64,000 nucleotides of DNA from Hormoscilla sp. (lineage in GTDB: Bacteria; Cyanobacteriota; Cyanobacteriia; Cyanobacteriales; Desertifilaceae), in NCBI GenBank assembly GCA_051439505.1, contig JBFRWI010000228.1, positions 62,638-126,637 on the forward strand, written 5' to 3'. The notes beneath the pieces are model-generated. The model saw only the letters and a list, made by a program, of their open reading frames with translations. It made no database searches and was not told the origin of the DNA. The position numbers were made by a program, and so were the translations under genes. How positions within the stretch are numbered: position 1 is the first letter of the stretch; each line of letters begins with the position of its first letter. Shown piece after piece: positions 63,280 to 64,000 of this stretch.

Positions 63280-63664
63280 GGCTTTATCTTATATAACTCA
63301 ATTCTTACTGGGGTTGGCGATCGCGTCCGCTCTAGTCGGAGCTGTTTCCCTAGAGAGCGCTCGCTTCTTCATGACTAAAATGACGGCACCCCCGCCTAAA
63401 CCCATGTTCGCCAACGATGCTGATGGGAAAAAACAGGACAGCGGACTGCCTCCTGGAACCTATGAAGCCCGTGTCACCTGGCCCGAAGGTTTGATTCTGC
63501 GCGATCGGCCCAGCTATAACTCTCTTAGAATTGGTGGCATCGGATATCACGAACGGGTATTAGTTCTTGGAGTTAGCTCCGATAAAGTTTGGCAGCGAGT
63601 GCGGGTGTCCGATAGCTTCCAGGAAGGTTGGGTCAAAGGAGGTAACACGGAACGGACCAACTAG
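63269..63664 (+). CDS. membrane-anchored SH3b domain protein
   Basis: N-terminal TM helix, PPPKP linker, GLILRDRP...WQRVR...EGWVK. Confidence 0.85.
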   Translation: MILKALSYITQFLLGLAIASALVGAVSLESARFFMTKMTAPPPKPMFANDADGKKQDSGLPPGTYEARVTWPEGLILRDRPSYNSLRIGGIGYHERVLVLGVSSDKVWQRVRVSDSFQEGWVKGGNTERTN

Positions 63665-64000
63665 ATTTATATCATTCAAACTGAATTGGGCCGCGATCGG
63701 CTCGGTGTAAGCTGAAAGGTAAAGAATTGTAACAAAATTGTCGCTCATTTGGTTCTGTGTTTGTCGAGATGGGTTATGATAGCAAGTACACATTGGCTGA
63801 GACTCCCTGCAAAAACTGATAAGCAATGTTATGGTACAGTTGAGGAGCTTGAGTCGATCGCAATTTGGCATCGGAGAAAAAATAAGGAGAATATTTGACA
63901 ACTCACTATATACTGGTGAGAGATAAGCTCGACCGCCATGAGCGATCGCCCTCGGAAAGAAAACAATTCCTGATTTGATTAATGAAAACTCAGTACAAAT

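Noticed and set aside
1..64000. Frequent GCGATCGC as a novel motif
   Set aside because: This is the established cyanobacterial HIP1 octamer

Overview
Chromosomal window from a cyanobacterium, judged by abundant HIP1 GCGATCGC octamers, chlH, ycf54, ycf46 and Uma2 endonucleases; heptamer STRR-type repeats suggest a filamentous form. The backbone is housekeeping: chlH, pdxJ, ycf54, folD-crtE, mutS, pyrC, a Cu P-type ATPase, tmk-holB, pntAB and rpmH-rnpA-yidC-jag-yceD-ycf46. Small accessory blocks interrupt it: a DUF433/DUF5615-type toxin-antitoxin pair; an orphan gene behind a possibly pseudoknotted leader; a secreted CX3C-X13-CX3C mini-protein; an FkbM gene broken by a stop inside a perfect palindrome; a CoiA-like nuclease with an overlapping unknown partner carrying a 129-bp duplication; a glycosyltransferase+MFS islet bounded by a decayed copy of the mutS 3' end; a 21-bp minisatellite; an integrin-beta-like vWA/RTX protein; an XdhC-PaoABC-MocA molybdoenzyme cluster with two diverged catalytic subunits; and an unknown two-gene module behind a structured leader. 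Intergenic DNA is rich in REP-like hairpin families and nested MITEs, one with clear terminal inverted repeats and a 10-bp target duplication. No rRNA, tRNA, CRISPR array, transposase, integrase or reverse transcriptase was recognised. All calls are by eye from motifs; no database searches were run.
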